In this document: in pieces, positions 34,250 to 46,209 of the stretch
Position numbering within the stretch: the first letter of the stretch is position 1
Layout of the letters: each line of letters starts with the position of its first letter
Assembly (NCBI RefSeq): GCF_001194135.2
Contig: NC_069004.1
Coordinates: 31,536,775 to 31,600,774 of the forward strand
Reading direction: 5' to 3'
DNA: 64,000 nucleotides
DNA from: Octopus bimaculoides
Lineage: Eukaryota
Notes under the pieces: model-generated
What the model was told of the DNA's origin: nothing
The model's database searches: none
Seen by the model: only the letters and a program-made list of their open reading frames with translations
Position numbers and translations under genes: made by a program

Positions 34250-35420
34250 AAAATTTCATAAAGAAATATCATTTTCTCTGAAAGCTATGAGGAAACAAAG
34301 TTGATGGTGGGGCGGCATACTTCTATAGGTATGCCTTCTTTTCAGTGAACTCTTTTTCTTATAAGAATGAGGGTATTTGGAGCTGGAAATATTACCAAAA
34401 CGAGACCTCCACTTCTTCACGTCATACTGGTCACAAGTGAGAGACGAAAGAAACCGCAAACGAAGCCATTACACCCGCGAAGTGGAAGGAGATTGTGGGG
34501 TGCAATCAGGGCCGGAGTTAGGAAGTGCTGGACCCAATTAGAGAATTGTCTGTTGGGCCCTTTACAAAAGCTGGAGATTGATGTTTTATGCTTCATGTAG
34601 TACGCCAGTCCCGGCCAAAAAGCATTGAATGCTTCAAGCTCCACCATTAGCCACGATATCCTAAAAGTTCAACATGGCGTCCTCCACTTGAGTGTGTACG
34701 CGAGCGAGGCCCTCTCTTGGCACGGGACTCGATTTGAAGAAATCTGTATAATTAGTTTCAAAACGGCCCTGGTAGAAGTGTATTTTTCAGCCTATGGAGT
34801 AGGCTTAGAAGGGTGAACAGGCGGAACTTGGTGAGAGAAGTCAAAGACGAGTAGGGCCATAGAGGCAGCACAGCAGAGAGTTCAATGACATGGATATAAC
34901 ATGTCGAAAGGGATCTCGTGAAATGATTTATGTTCAATGTTGACCGGATCAGTTAAATTCGTAATTGGTTCCAAGTCTGGTGTGTTGCCGTCTCTAGCGA
35001 ATCTTAAAAAATTGGGAAATTGCCAAAAGTAAAATATACAAGATCTGTTAAAAGTCGAGAGGTCTTACTGCAAAGCTCTCAGTCTATACTCAAGGGTACA
35101 ATCAAGTTCTTGGCAACTAGTAGGAGTTACTTGTACGGCAATGCAAATGAGGGAGAATAAGGGATCACAGTAGGTAAAAGCATTAACCCTTTCCGAGTAG
35201 GGCAGACCACTTCTGAAAGGTATTTATTTATTAAAAAATTCATTTGGGTAGGGGTACATTTGTGTAGATATGCCATGAACCAGAAGACCAAAGTACATCG
35301 TAAAACAGAAAATTCGCCTGCAGCCGAATTACTGTGGATCTTGCAGGCATGAAGTGAATTCGATCCACCATAGCCAAATTTCAAGTAACAGTTCAACAGA
35401 ACTTTTCTCACGGTGGAACA
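34250..35420 (-). mobile_element. Highly decayed piggyBac (PGBD4-like) transposase relic
   Basis: Colinear degenerate motifs KP....KYTSTRAV....QIS...TLKW, LMVELEAFNAF...RQ and a C-terminal Cys-domain remnant YKK...LCFLIAFRE, with many stops. Confidence 0.5.
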
Positions 35421-35997
35421 ATAGTTTTTCTGTGACAGCAGTTTTACATTTGCCAGATTGTCTTAGCAAGGCTGAAATAATGTCTTCACCACTTGACCCA
35501 TTTAACCTCTTAACCTCTTAAGATATCATAGACCACCAACGAAATCCATTGTTCTCAACGATATATCTATCCTTCTAGATAGTTATAAAAACAAGAACCC
35601 CCAAGCAAAGATCAGTTAGTCACTTGGTGACAACTCAGTCTGTTTGGGACAACTCAATCAGTTAATGAATGACAACTCGAGTCAGAGACAGCTACTATCA
35701 GTTAGGGAGCTGAACGCTAGAATCATGATCACAAGCAAGGCAGCTACTAAAGACAATAGTCAGAGGGAGGAATGAAATTTACTGTCAGCAACTATGAGAC
35801 ATCTCCCCACGACCCTACAACTTTCACTAGCTCTAGTTCTGTTCTCTTACAACATCATTCTATCGCTATCTGCAGATTACTACTAGTCGATTACATCGAC
35901 CGCAGTACTCAACTGGTACTTATTCTATCGATCCCGGAAGGATGAATGGCAAAGTCGACCCTGGCGGAATTTGAACTCAGAACGTAAAGACGGACGA

Positions 35998-36097
35998 NNN
36001 NNNNNNNNNNNNNNNNNNNNNNNNNNNNNNNNNNNNNNNNNNNNNNNNNNNNNNNNNNNNNNNNNNNNNNNNNNNNNNNNNNNNNNNNNNNNNNNNN
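35998..36097. other. 100-N assembly gap (probably unsized)
   Basis: Exactly 100 N, a common placeholder length. Confidence 0.8.
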
Positions 36098-36945
36098 AAA
36101 TAACCCTTAACTTATGGTTGTTGTCAATAAAACAACTGGCATTACTTTTGAAAGGAAAATTGGCCGACTGACCGACCAGAGTGAGCAACAGACACACAAA
36201 TGATGCAATTTAAAATTTAAATTGCTGAACCAATAATCAATGTTTAGACCCGTAAATGTATTCAAATATAATTGGAGAAAGTCCATGAGGAGGACTTGTA
36301 TTATTATAATCCAAGTATCTTTTGGATGGAATCCACAGAGTACAAATAGAAAACAAAAACAAGAGAGAATGTATATAAATATTTAGAGAGAATATCTTAT
36401 GGGTATTTCATTAACAAAGAATTAATTATATAATCACAATCACACTGCGCTGTCAAATCTTCAGAGATGTGTAGCTCTCATTCATATTTATTAATGGATT
36501 AGTGAGTGACAGCATTGCCATCACTGAATAAGCAAACACACACACATATAATACACATAAACACATACATACAGGCATGCGTGCATACATACATTTAATA
36601 CATATCATTGCAATTATGTGAAACTGTTGTATGTTCAAATTTGGCCAAATGTGTTTTTTTCAATATTTAATTTTGCTTGCAACAGCTGGTTCTTTTGGTC
36701 AAACTATCATATCTCCAGCTGCTATCTACCGATGATATCCAAGGGAAAGGTAAAGGGGCTGATACAGCTTGACATCAATAACATCGCAGCTGGAACAACA
36801 TGAAAATAAAGTGTCTTGCTCAAGAACACAACACACAGTCCAGTCTTGGAATCGAACTCACTACCTCACAATTGTGAGCCTGACTCTCTAACCACTGAGC
36901 CATGCACCTACACACATAGCACAGCATAAAAATGAGAGTACTTAC

Positions 36946-37079
36946 AGGAAATCTTTGATTGATTTTGTTACACGTTTCCGATACCAGAGCATCAGATTTG
37001 CCCATTTTCTGAGGAAATGCACATTTTTCTTCTTGAGGTAAAGATTCCAAGAAGCTATCAGAACGGTAAAGGAACAAAG
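36946..37079 (-). CDS. DUF4062 gene exon 5 (LFLYRSDSFLESLPQEEKCAFPQK...KINQRFP)
   Basis: 134 nt, acceptor ctcttccag, donor CCT|GTAAGT; phase fits exon 4. Confidence 0.85.
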
Positions 37080-40000
37080 CTGGAAGAGAAAAAAGACAGG
37101 CGAAATAGCATGAGGTTAAATATAACCAAGGACCTGTATTTTGTTGCTGTTTGAATGCTGTATCGAAAGAACATACTGTTCAGGCAAACGGTATATAATA
37201 AGAGCCTCAGTTTACATGTTTAAACAGATTATAAAACTATTGATAATAGTATTTTAAGATGAATCCAAACGCACAAGGAGTAAATAGGTTCAAATCATAT
37301 AAACTAATTATTTTTGGGAAAAAATTTAAATATTGATAAATATTTATGTCTACAAAGAATTATGACGAAATCTTATGAAGTAAAATTTATGTTATCAGTG
37401 CGGGTTATATTGATTGATTCTTTTGCACATAATTTACTAATTTCTAGTGTGTGTATTGTGTGGTGTGGTTTTTGTTATAATAGACCAATCCAGACTGAAT
37501 TCTTTATTGCATATTTTTAATTTATTAATGTAAGTAGCTAGTGCGGTTGGATTTTAGTTTCTTGATTAATAAATTTGTGTGACCCCTTAAAATCAGTCGT
37601 GCTTCCTATGTATATCTTCTTTGATTCACCTATCGCACCCTCACCACATTGTAGATTTTTCTGGCTAATATGCGTAAATTTATATTGCATCTGATGAGTA
37701 TTTATATTTTTTTAGATTATAAATAAAGTACTGTACCGCACTGTATAACACATTAATTAAAATATATTAAAAGAAAATACGTAATGTATCTTAGATGAGT
37801 AAATGAAGAATCGCACATACTGAATGGAAAATGAAACTCAGGAGGTGAGTGTGTGGTGTTGTTTTGAATTTATAATGAAATAAATATATACAAATTATAA
37901 AAATAATAAAAAAGAAATATACAGTACAGTACTGTTATTGGAACATAACATCCGTGATAATTGAGGGATTACTGTATATGAGAGAGAGGGGGGGAGAATT
38001 GAGTGAAGAGGTGCAACTTACAGTTAAGATTGTCTTCTCGGTATGCTCCATACATGACTTCCAGGTCTAAAGATGTCAGTCCGTAACTCTTGAGGTAGGA
38101 TTCTATAAACTGGTGATGGTAATCTCCCCAGGTGGGTACCCAGCCAAGGGTTTCACTGCGGGTAAGAAAGGAAAAGATGACAGAGGATCAGAAAGAGATG
38201 GAAAAAGGAAGAAAAAGAGGAAAGAAAAGGGAGAGAGAGAGAAAGAGGCAAGAAAGAAATTGAGAAACATACACGCATTCACACACGGACATATTCTATA
38301 TAATGTGTTATCTTACAAAAAAAAAAATAATCATCATTTAACATCTGCTTTCCATACAGGCATGGGTTGGACAGTTTGACTGAAACTGGTAAGCTGGAGA
38401 GCTACACCAGGCTGCAATCTGATTTGGTATGGTTTCTACAGCTGGATGCTCTTCCTAACACCAACCACTCCAAGAGTGTAGTGGGTGTTTTTTACGTGCC
38501 AGTTATGGGACAATGGCATCGGCCACGGCTATGATTTCATTTGGCGTAACAGGTCTTCTTAGGCATGGCATATCGCCAAAGGTCTCAGTCACTTGTCATT
38601 GCCTCTGTGAGGCCCAACGTTCAAAGATCATGCTTCATCACCTCGTCCGATGACTTCTTGGGTCTACTCCTTCCAGAGGATCCCTCCACAGAGATTGGCA
38701 CTTCTTTACACAACTGTCCTCATCCACATGCATCTCATAACCATACCAACACAGTTGTCTCTCGCACACTGCATCTGATGTCTTTTATGCCCAACTTTTC
38801 TCTCAAGACGCTTACACTCTGATGTACATGCACACCGACATTGCACATCCAGTGAAGCATACTAGATTAATTGCTTGCAAGCCTACAACCATATGATAAA
38901 AATTATTTCTAGAGCCCTCCTTTGTACACACATACAAATATATGTACAAACACACACACAAATGCATACATATACATGCACACACATAAAGACATATAGA
39001 TAAAAGTATGTCACTGAAAAGTGCAAAGAAGACCCCCTTCGGTCATAAATGGTCAGCAGATTGCACCTAGAATGTTCCTTGCTGAAGCACAAGTCCAAGC
39101 AAGGTTGTTTAAGGAAGACCAGCAGTCCCCCATGCATACCAGCCTCCCTTCTTCACGCCACTGATGTTATCCAAGGGAAAGGCAAAGGGGCTGATAGAGC
39201 TTGGCACCTGTGACATCGCAACTCATTTCTACAGCTGAGTGAACTGGAGCAACATGAAATAGAGTGTCTTGCTCAAGAACGCAACACAGAGCCCGGTTCA
39301 GGAATTATGCCTTCACAAACTGATAAGATAAAGTTACAGCTTTTGGCTCTCTTCGGTATCTCTAAAAAGGCCAGAAATGCACCAGATTGTTTAGTTTTAG
39401 AATGACATTGTAGGGTAGGTGTGAGAGGCTGGATCTGGCCAGTTTGAACATAAAACAGTTAGAATATTTAGGCCAGATGAGGATGGTTTAAATACTAAAA
39501 AGTAAAAATTCATGATAGAAAAAAATTAGTTTAGTCTTTTAAATTAGTGATTTCAAGCAGATTTGGTTGTTAATTGATCAGTTTCAAAGACCATAGGGAG
39601 TCTCCTTCATTAATTTGTGAGACCATATATTGCAGTAACAAGTCTTGTATTCCTCATATCTTGTTAAATGGTTTAACAAACTGCTGAAGTTAGACATTCT
39701 GCATTTAAGTCTGGTTAACAATCGGAACCAATTAAAATGGTTAAATTGCTGTGCTAGCCCCTCATTGCTTGGCATTAGTTTACAGCTGGCGTCAAGAATA
39801 AACAATGATTCTACATTACTTGCTAATTATCTCAGAATTTCTCAGAGTGTGTTTCCTGTTAATTATTTTCTGTCTTTTAATTAGCATAATAATGGGAAAC
39901 ATTATCATGGAAGGAAGAGTAAGAGGTTGTAGTTAAAGAGGCAGGCAAAAAAAAAAGAATTGCAATGGATGGGCAAGGGTGGCAAGGCAGCCAGAGAACT

Positions 40001-41807
40001 CGTGCTTAATTGGGAAGACTTTCAGTGTAGTGTCATCAATGTGGCGTAAGCATAGCTGTGGGGTAAGCATCTTGCTTCCCAACCAGATGGTTCCGGGTTC
40101 AGTCCCACTGTGTGGCACCTTGGGCAAGTGTCTTCTACTATAGCCTCAGGCCGACCAAAGCCTTGTGAGTAGATTTGGTAGACGGAAACTGAAAGAAGCC
40201 CATCGTATATATACATATATATANNNNNNNNNNNNNNNNNNNNNNNNNNNNNNNNNNNNNNNNNNNNNNNNNNNNNNNNNNNNNNNNNNNNNNNNNNNNN
40301 NNNNNNNNNNNNNNNNNNNNNNNNNNNNNNNNNNNNNNNNNNNNNNNNNNNNNNNNNNNNNNNNNNNNNNNNNNNNNNNNNNNNNNNNNNNNNNNNNNNT
40401 ATATGTGTGTATATGTTTGTGTGTGTGTGCTTGTCCCCCCAGCTTCACTTGACAACCGATGGTGGTGTGTTTACGTCCCCCGTAACGTAGCGGTTCGGCA
40501 AAAAGAGACCGATGGAATAAGTACTAGGCTTACAAAGAATAAGTCCTGGGGTCAATTTGCTCGACTAAAAGGCGGTGCCCCAGCATGGCCGCAGTCAAAA
40601 GACTGAAACAAGTAAAGGAGTAAAAGAGTAAGGAGCACAGTATTGTTTCTACTTTGTGGATATTCACCTCTTGCTTGGGGGCTTTGGAATGTAACACCTG
40701 CGATAGTCAAGGGATTACTGTACATCCAAACCATGTTGCATACACCTTAACGATGCCATAGAGAAAGGACTTACCTGGTGAAGTTGAGAAATATTGGCAT
40801 AACATTATTGTAATAACAATCCTCGATTTTAGATTGCATAGACTTTAAGTCGGTAAAATCCCGCCTTTCAGCATGTTTGCTACCCTGTTGGAGGGAGTGG
40901 ATTAGAAATGATACAATTAGTTCATTAAAACAATTACTACAAATTAAAACAATACAATAAATACAATAAACTACTAAAAAAAAAACAAACAATTTAGCCC
41001 ATCCAGAGCTGTACCCTGGGGAAAGAATTTATTTCCAGGTACATATATTTGGTCAGTCTCGACCAAAGGAGATCTTAGAGAGTGTAGCAGGAATTCTGAC
41101 CCACCCCAGGAGTAGCTGTATGGTCAAGTATGCTTTCCAACTACATGGTTCTGGGTTCAGTCCCACTGTGTGGCACCTTAAGTAAATGTCTTCTCCTATA
41201 GGTAAATGATAGGATTACTTCAATATTTCAGGGGTAGTCTGAAGTATCTAAGCAACCAGGGGATAGTTAAATCCGAAGGCACTCCTGGAAATTACTTGTG
41301 TGGGTACCGTCTTCGTTAGAAGGAATCCAGAGGCAGGTAATTTATTGTTTAAACTGCAATTTATAATTATAATTATGTGGAGAATGGAGAAACAAACACT
41401 TCTCCTAGAGCCATGGGCTGACCAAAGCCTTGTCAGTGGATTTGGGAGGTGGATCTGAACTATGTGTGTGTGTGAGAGAGAGAGAGGCAAACTCAGAGCC
41501 AAGCTGCCATACAATATCTGCCAACCAAGTTTCCTTCGTGTGGTGGCACTGGTCAGTCTGAGGCCGCAGCAGAATCTGCTTACACTGATGCCACACAGCA
41601 GGAATTGAACCTGAAACCATGTAAGTTGCAAAACAAACCAGCTAACCAATAACTGCACAAAGATGCAATTACATTGCAATGACAGCAGCAAGAACAAACT
41701 TGAAAATGGGGGAGTGGGGAGGTTTTACATTCTTTGGGGAGGAAGAAAAAACTGTTCACAGAATGTCTGACATGTTGAAAGTAGCAGATGTTATAATAAT
41801 AATAATG

Positions 41808-41841
<34 letters not shown>

Positions 41842-44094
41842 TGATGATGATAATAGGAGTAGTAGTACTAATGATAATAATAACATGATAATGGTATAGT
41901 AGTAGTAGTAGTCATAGAAATAATGGTAATTGTAGTAGCAGTAGTAATATGATAGTAGTAGTGGTAGTAGTAATAATAGTAGTAGGGGTGGTTTTATCAT
42001 TGTAGACAATAGCCTCAAGTTATCAACAAGTAAAACAGAAACTGGAAGAATGACTGCCATCATCATCATCATCATCATCACGAAGATATGCCATCATCAT
42101 AACCATCACTGTGATCATCACTATCAACTTTATGACCTCCCACCGCTGCCACCATCATAACAACAACCACCACCAACACCACCACCATTAACCTGATTAC
42201 CACCACCACCACTACCACTACCATCATCCCCACCACTATCATCATCCCCACCACCACCATCACCACTACCATCATCCCCACCACCACTACCACCACCACT
42301 ATCTTCATGCCCACCACCATCACCACTATCTTCATGCCCACCACCACCACCACCACCACTACCATCATCCCCACCACCACCACCACCATCATGATCAACA
42401 GTGATGTGATCCAACATTGGATTACTTCAAGATGTCAGGCATTTTAACAACACCAAGCAGAAGGTTTGGTTATGAGAAGCTGCTCCCTCACCACCCACAC
42501 TCACAAAATGGTGGTGGTGGTGGTGGGGAAGGGTAGGNNNNNNNNNNNNNNNNNNNNNNNNNNNNNNNNNNNNNNNNNNNNNNNNNNNNNNNNNNNNNNN
42601 NNNNNNNNNNNNNNNNNNNNNNNNNNNNNNNNNNNNNNNNNNNNNNNNNNNNNNNNNNNNNNNNNNNNNNNNNNNNNNNNNNNNNNNNNNNNNNNNNNNN
42701 NNNNNNNNNNNNNNNNNNNNNNNNNNNNNNNNNNNNNNNNNNNNNNNNNNNNNNNNNNNNNNNNNNNNNTCCAGTTAACCCCTCCACACCTTGCTTTTGC
42801 CCTTCCCCTCCACCCTCTTTAAACAGGGTGAATTGAGTCATTGACAGGATATTAGTGAAATATGTCTGTTATTGGGGGGAAGAATGGGGGGGTGTTGCTG
42901 AGGGAACATGCTGAAGAGGGTGTGGTGAGAGAGAGAGTGTGGGGATGGGTGGGAGGAAGGAAAATAGCTATGAAGGAAATATAACATTTAATAATAAACA
43001 ATGATGACAGTGAGGACGGGAGATGACGACGGCGATGACGGTGATGATGATGATGGTGATGAGAATGATAAAGATTATGATGACTTCTGCAACAGGCACA
43101 AGGTTATAAATATTTTGGGATGAAATACACATCAGACCCCTAACAGTCAGCTGGGACATACTTTTTTGTCCCCCTCCCTAACCCCAGAAAAATACAAAAG
43201 AAATTTGAGCCACGCCATGCAGTGGGACTGGACCCAAGGCCACATAGTTGCAAAGAAAGCTTCTTAACCACACAGCCATGCCCGCACCTATGATTGGTCC
43301 TTTATTTTAACCAATCAGAAAAAGACAAAGGGGGCAAAGTTAAGTTGAGCTGGATTTGAACTCAAACAGCACAGATCTGGAACAAAAATACTGCAACACA
43401 TTTTGTCTTCAGCACTAATGACTGCTAATTCACCACATGTCTAGCAGTGAACGCAACACTCACCACAGACTGATAGTAGTGAACACAATGGTGAACAACC
43501 AAACAAGGACTGAGGGAGGAGGGGAGTAGTAAACACAAAAAGAAATTAAAAAACGAAAAATAAAAACAAACCAACAACAATACTCACCCATTTGATATGA
43601 TAAACCTCAAGTTTTATATTATTAATATTTGACCATGTCTCCAGTTCTGGCTGAATCTAAAAGATAAGAGAAGAGAGTGTAATAAGAATGGCTGAGATCA
43701 GAGAGGTGGGTGAATGAAAGAGGGGTTGTCATGGTTGAAATAGGTTATAACAATGTCGGTGAGATTAAGAGAGAGGTGGCTGCCTTCCTAGATATACATA
43801 GGCAGAAAATATATATATATATATATATATATCAAGGCGGCCTGTATGTCTCTGCACACCTTTCAATGCAATGTATGCCAGAAGGTGTGCAAATCTAACG
43901 GAGAGGCCTCAAAAGGCATTTTAAGATCCACAAAGATCAGAACTTATCTGCAGCTCTTGGTGGCCCAAATCAGATATGCAATCTATGTGGGTGTCTTTTC
44001 AAAACATTGGTTCAAAAGCCACATCAGATACCATGATGGTTCTAAGGTGTAGGTACAGGAAGTGGTGAAACTCTGCATAAAGACTAGATAACCA

Positions 44095-44138
<44 letters not shown>

Positions 44139-46209
44139 GGTGTGATAGATAAATTGTCGCCATTTTATATTTTTAATTTCGTGCATGCGCAGTGTTTGTT
44201 TTTGATTTTGTTGACTACACAGTATTGTAGGGTCAGTTGGGCACTGTCTGTCAGAAAAACAGTACTGTAACAAAATTCACTCTGCTAGAAATTTGGAAAC
44301 AACCTGCTGTACTGCTTGGCAGAACAGTTGGTGAACACACAGAATAGCCATTGGCTTGCTGTGTCCCCAAAATATGTATAAAGGGTGATAAAAATCAAAT
44401 ATTCAGTCATCATCATGGTGTTTGGAGTAATCAGTAGTGATGCTGATGTTATGCCTCCATTCATCTTCCTACATGGCCTCAGACTCAACATGAAGGCCTA
44501 CATCAAGTGCCTGGAGGAGGGTGGCTGCTGGAAAACCCTATGTCTGGCAATAGGACTCTGCACCTTGCCACACAAGCAAGAGAACCCAGTCATGGCTGTC
44601 AAACAATTTCTGGGACCAGATCATCCCCAACATCTGGTCACCTCGCTCTTCAGAGTGCACCTTCCACCTTGATAATTATGTGTGGGGTGCAGTTGAGTGA
44701 GAGACAAGAAAAATTCCTTGTCACACCAAAGATGAACTGAAGGCAAGGATTATGGCAGCATTCACCAAATTAAACAAGGAAGCCATCCAGAAGAGTTACA
44801 GGAGATTCCGAAGTCGTCTGGAGACTGTGGTTGAAGCCAATGGAGATTTTATTGAATAAATTTACTCTTTAGTATTCAAGATATTTTAAATGTAATTTTG
44901 GTAAATATTTATTTATTTATTTATTTATGTGTTTCAGCCAAGTGGCTGTGGTCATGCTGGTGCTGTTAAAATGAAATGTCTTATGTTATTTTCATTTTTG
45001 CGTAATTTAGACGACAATAGATTCACCACACCCAGTGTATGTATGCATGTATATATAGTATTGTTGTTGTCTTCATAGATACATTTAAACAGAGATTATA
45101 TCTAATGTCTTTTTTTCTCATGCTTCAATGCTTGGAATGTGTTTTCTTTTGTTGGATCAGTTCGTTTTAAAAGCAGACACAAAGATTCTTATCAATAATT
45201 AGAAATTCTATGAAGGAGGAGTGGAAAATGGCCTTTTCTGTTTTTTATTTCCCCCCTCTTGGTTAGTCAGGCAGAGGATATGTTTTCTATGATCAGGCAG
45301 AATACATTTTATTATCATAACACACAGGTGCAGGCGTAGCTCTGTGGTAAGTAGCTTGCTTAACAACTACACAGTTCTGGGTTTAGTCCCACTGCATGGC
45401 ACCTTGGGCAAGTGTCTTCTTCTATAGCCTCGGGCTGACCAAGGCCTTGTGAATGGATTTGGTAGACAGAAACTGAAAGAAGCCCATTGTATATATATAT
45501 TTGTGCGTGTGTGTATCTTTGTGACTGCATTTGTCCCCTATCACCACTTGACAAGCTGTGTTGGTGTGTTTATGTCCCTGTAACTTAGCAGTGCAGCAAA
45601 AGCGACCGATTTAATAAGTATCAGGCTTAAAAAGAAGAGTTCTGGGGTCGATACATTCGACTAAGAATTCTTGAAGGTGTTGCCCCAGCATGGCCATAGT
45701 CTAATGACTGAAACCAGTAACAGGTAAAGGATACATACACATAAAAATCGCCCCATCACAATTAGTAGAGTGGTTGGCATGCTCAAATGGTGCTATTTAT
45801 GTGCCACCGGCACGAAAGCCAGACAGCTGGTGCTTTGGCCACGATCACACTCAGACGGTGCTCTTAGTGATTTACTGGTACTGGTGCGATTTCGCTTTTG
45901 CTTGATTTTACTAAATATATTGTTTTAAAATTTATTGAAAGAAAAGCCGTCCATTTCAACAGAAATATGGTAACAAAAGGGTTAAAGTGATCTAAATTAA
46001 AACCTTTGTATTTTAAAAGAAGTATTGTAACAAAGGGATTAATTTAAAGTTACTAAACAGACAAAAAAAAAAAAAAAAAAATTAATACTACTTGCCTCTT
46101 TCCGGAGTAATTCTCTTTCTGAAAAGAAGTCCTCAGCATAGCTTGTAATGAATAATTTGACGCGAGTTGATTCTTCGGAATGGTCTCCTCTAGATAGAGC
46201 ACACGCCAT
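36946..46209 (-). CDS. DUF4062-like domain protein (TEP1/NWD/TTC41-type N-terminal domain), gene span, 3' end unresolved
   Basis: Five exons join in phase into about 188 aa: RVKLFITS..DFFSERELLRKEIQPEL...HIKWG...IEDC...LGWVP...SLDLEV...LFLYRSDSFLESLP. This parallels the recalled TEP1 DUF4062 pattern RLFISSTFRDMHGERDLL...DLRWG...RYGYIP...SVTEMEV...LIYFRDSSFLSSVP. Confidence 0.8.
38022..38155 (-). CDS. DUF4062 gene exon 4 (ETLGWVPTWGDYHHQFIESYLKSYGLTSLDLEVMYGAYREDNLN)
   Basis: 134 nt, acceptor cccgcag, donor GTAAGT; not present in the ORF track. Confidence 0.85.
40775..40884 (-). CDS. DUF4062 gene exon 3 (GSKHAERRDFTDLKSMQSKIEDCYYNNVMPIFLNFT)
   Basis: 110 nt, only one open frame, donor AG|GTAAGT. 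Confidence 0.85.
43588..43656 (-). CDS. DUF4062 gene exon 2 (IQPELETWSNINNIKLEVYHIKW)
   Basis: 69 nt with a long pyrimidine acceptor and donor TGG|GTGAGT. Confidence 0.82.
43850..44095 (+). mobile_element. Frameshifted pair of C2H2 zinc fingers, probably a LINE ORF2 3' end
   Basis: Translates to FQCNVCQKVCKS/LKRHFKIH and ICNLCGCLFKTL/FKSHIRYH*, followed by a short UTR and a (TA)n tail. Confidence 0.5.
44137..45038 (+). mobile_element. Internally deleted Tc1/mariner element of maT (DD37D)-like type
   Basis: Translates to MVFGVISSD.DVMPPFIF..GLRLN...Q*DSAPCHTSKRTQSW...LDNYVWGAVE...VEANGDFIE*, with diverged TIRs at both ends. Confidence 0.8.
45325..45725 (+). mobile_element. SINE family A; other copies near 21480, 40040, 49450, 50385, 53545 (minus), 55722, 61725
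   Basis: Full-length copy with head, microsatellite and tail. Confidence 0.8.
46096..46209 (-). CDS. DUF4062 gene coding exon 1 (MACALSRGDHSEESTRVKLFITSYAEDFFSERELLRKE)
   Basis: ATG in strong context (ATAATGG). The exon probably starts at an acceptor at 46295 with an in-frame TAA upstream. The donor is GAG|GCAAGT (GC type). Confidence 0.75.

Noticed and set aside
31285-36946. In-frame read-through fusion of the DUF4062 gene to AQR
   Set aside because: Joining the phase-0 donor at 36946 to the AQR acceptor (G-ATG) is out of frame and reaches TGA after 13 codons.
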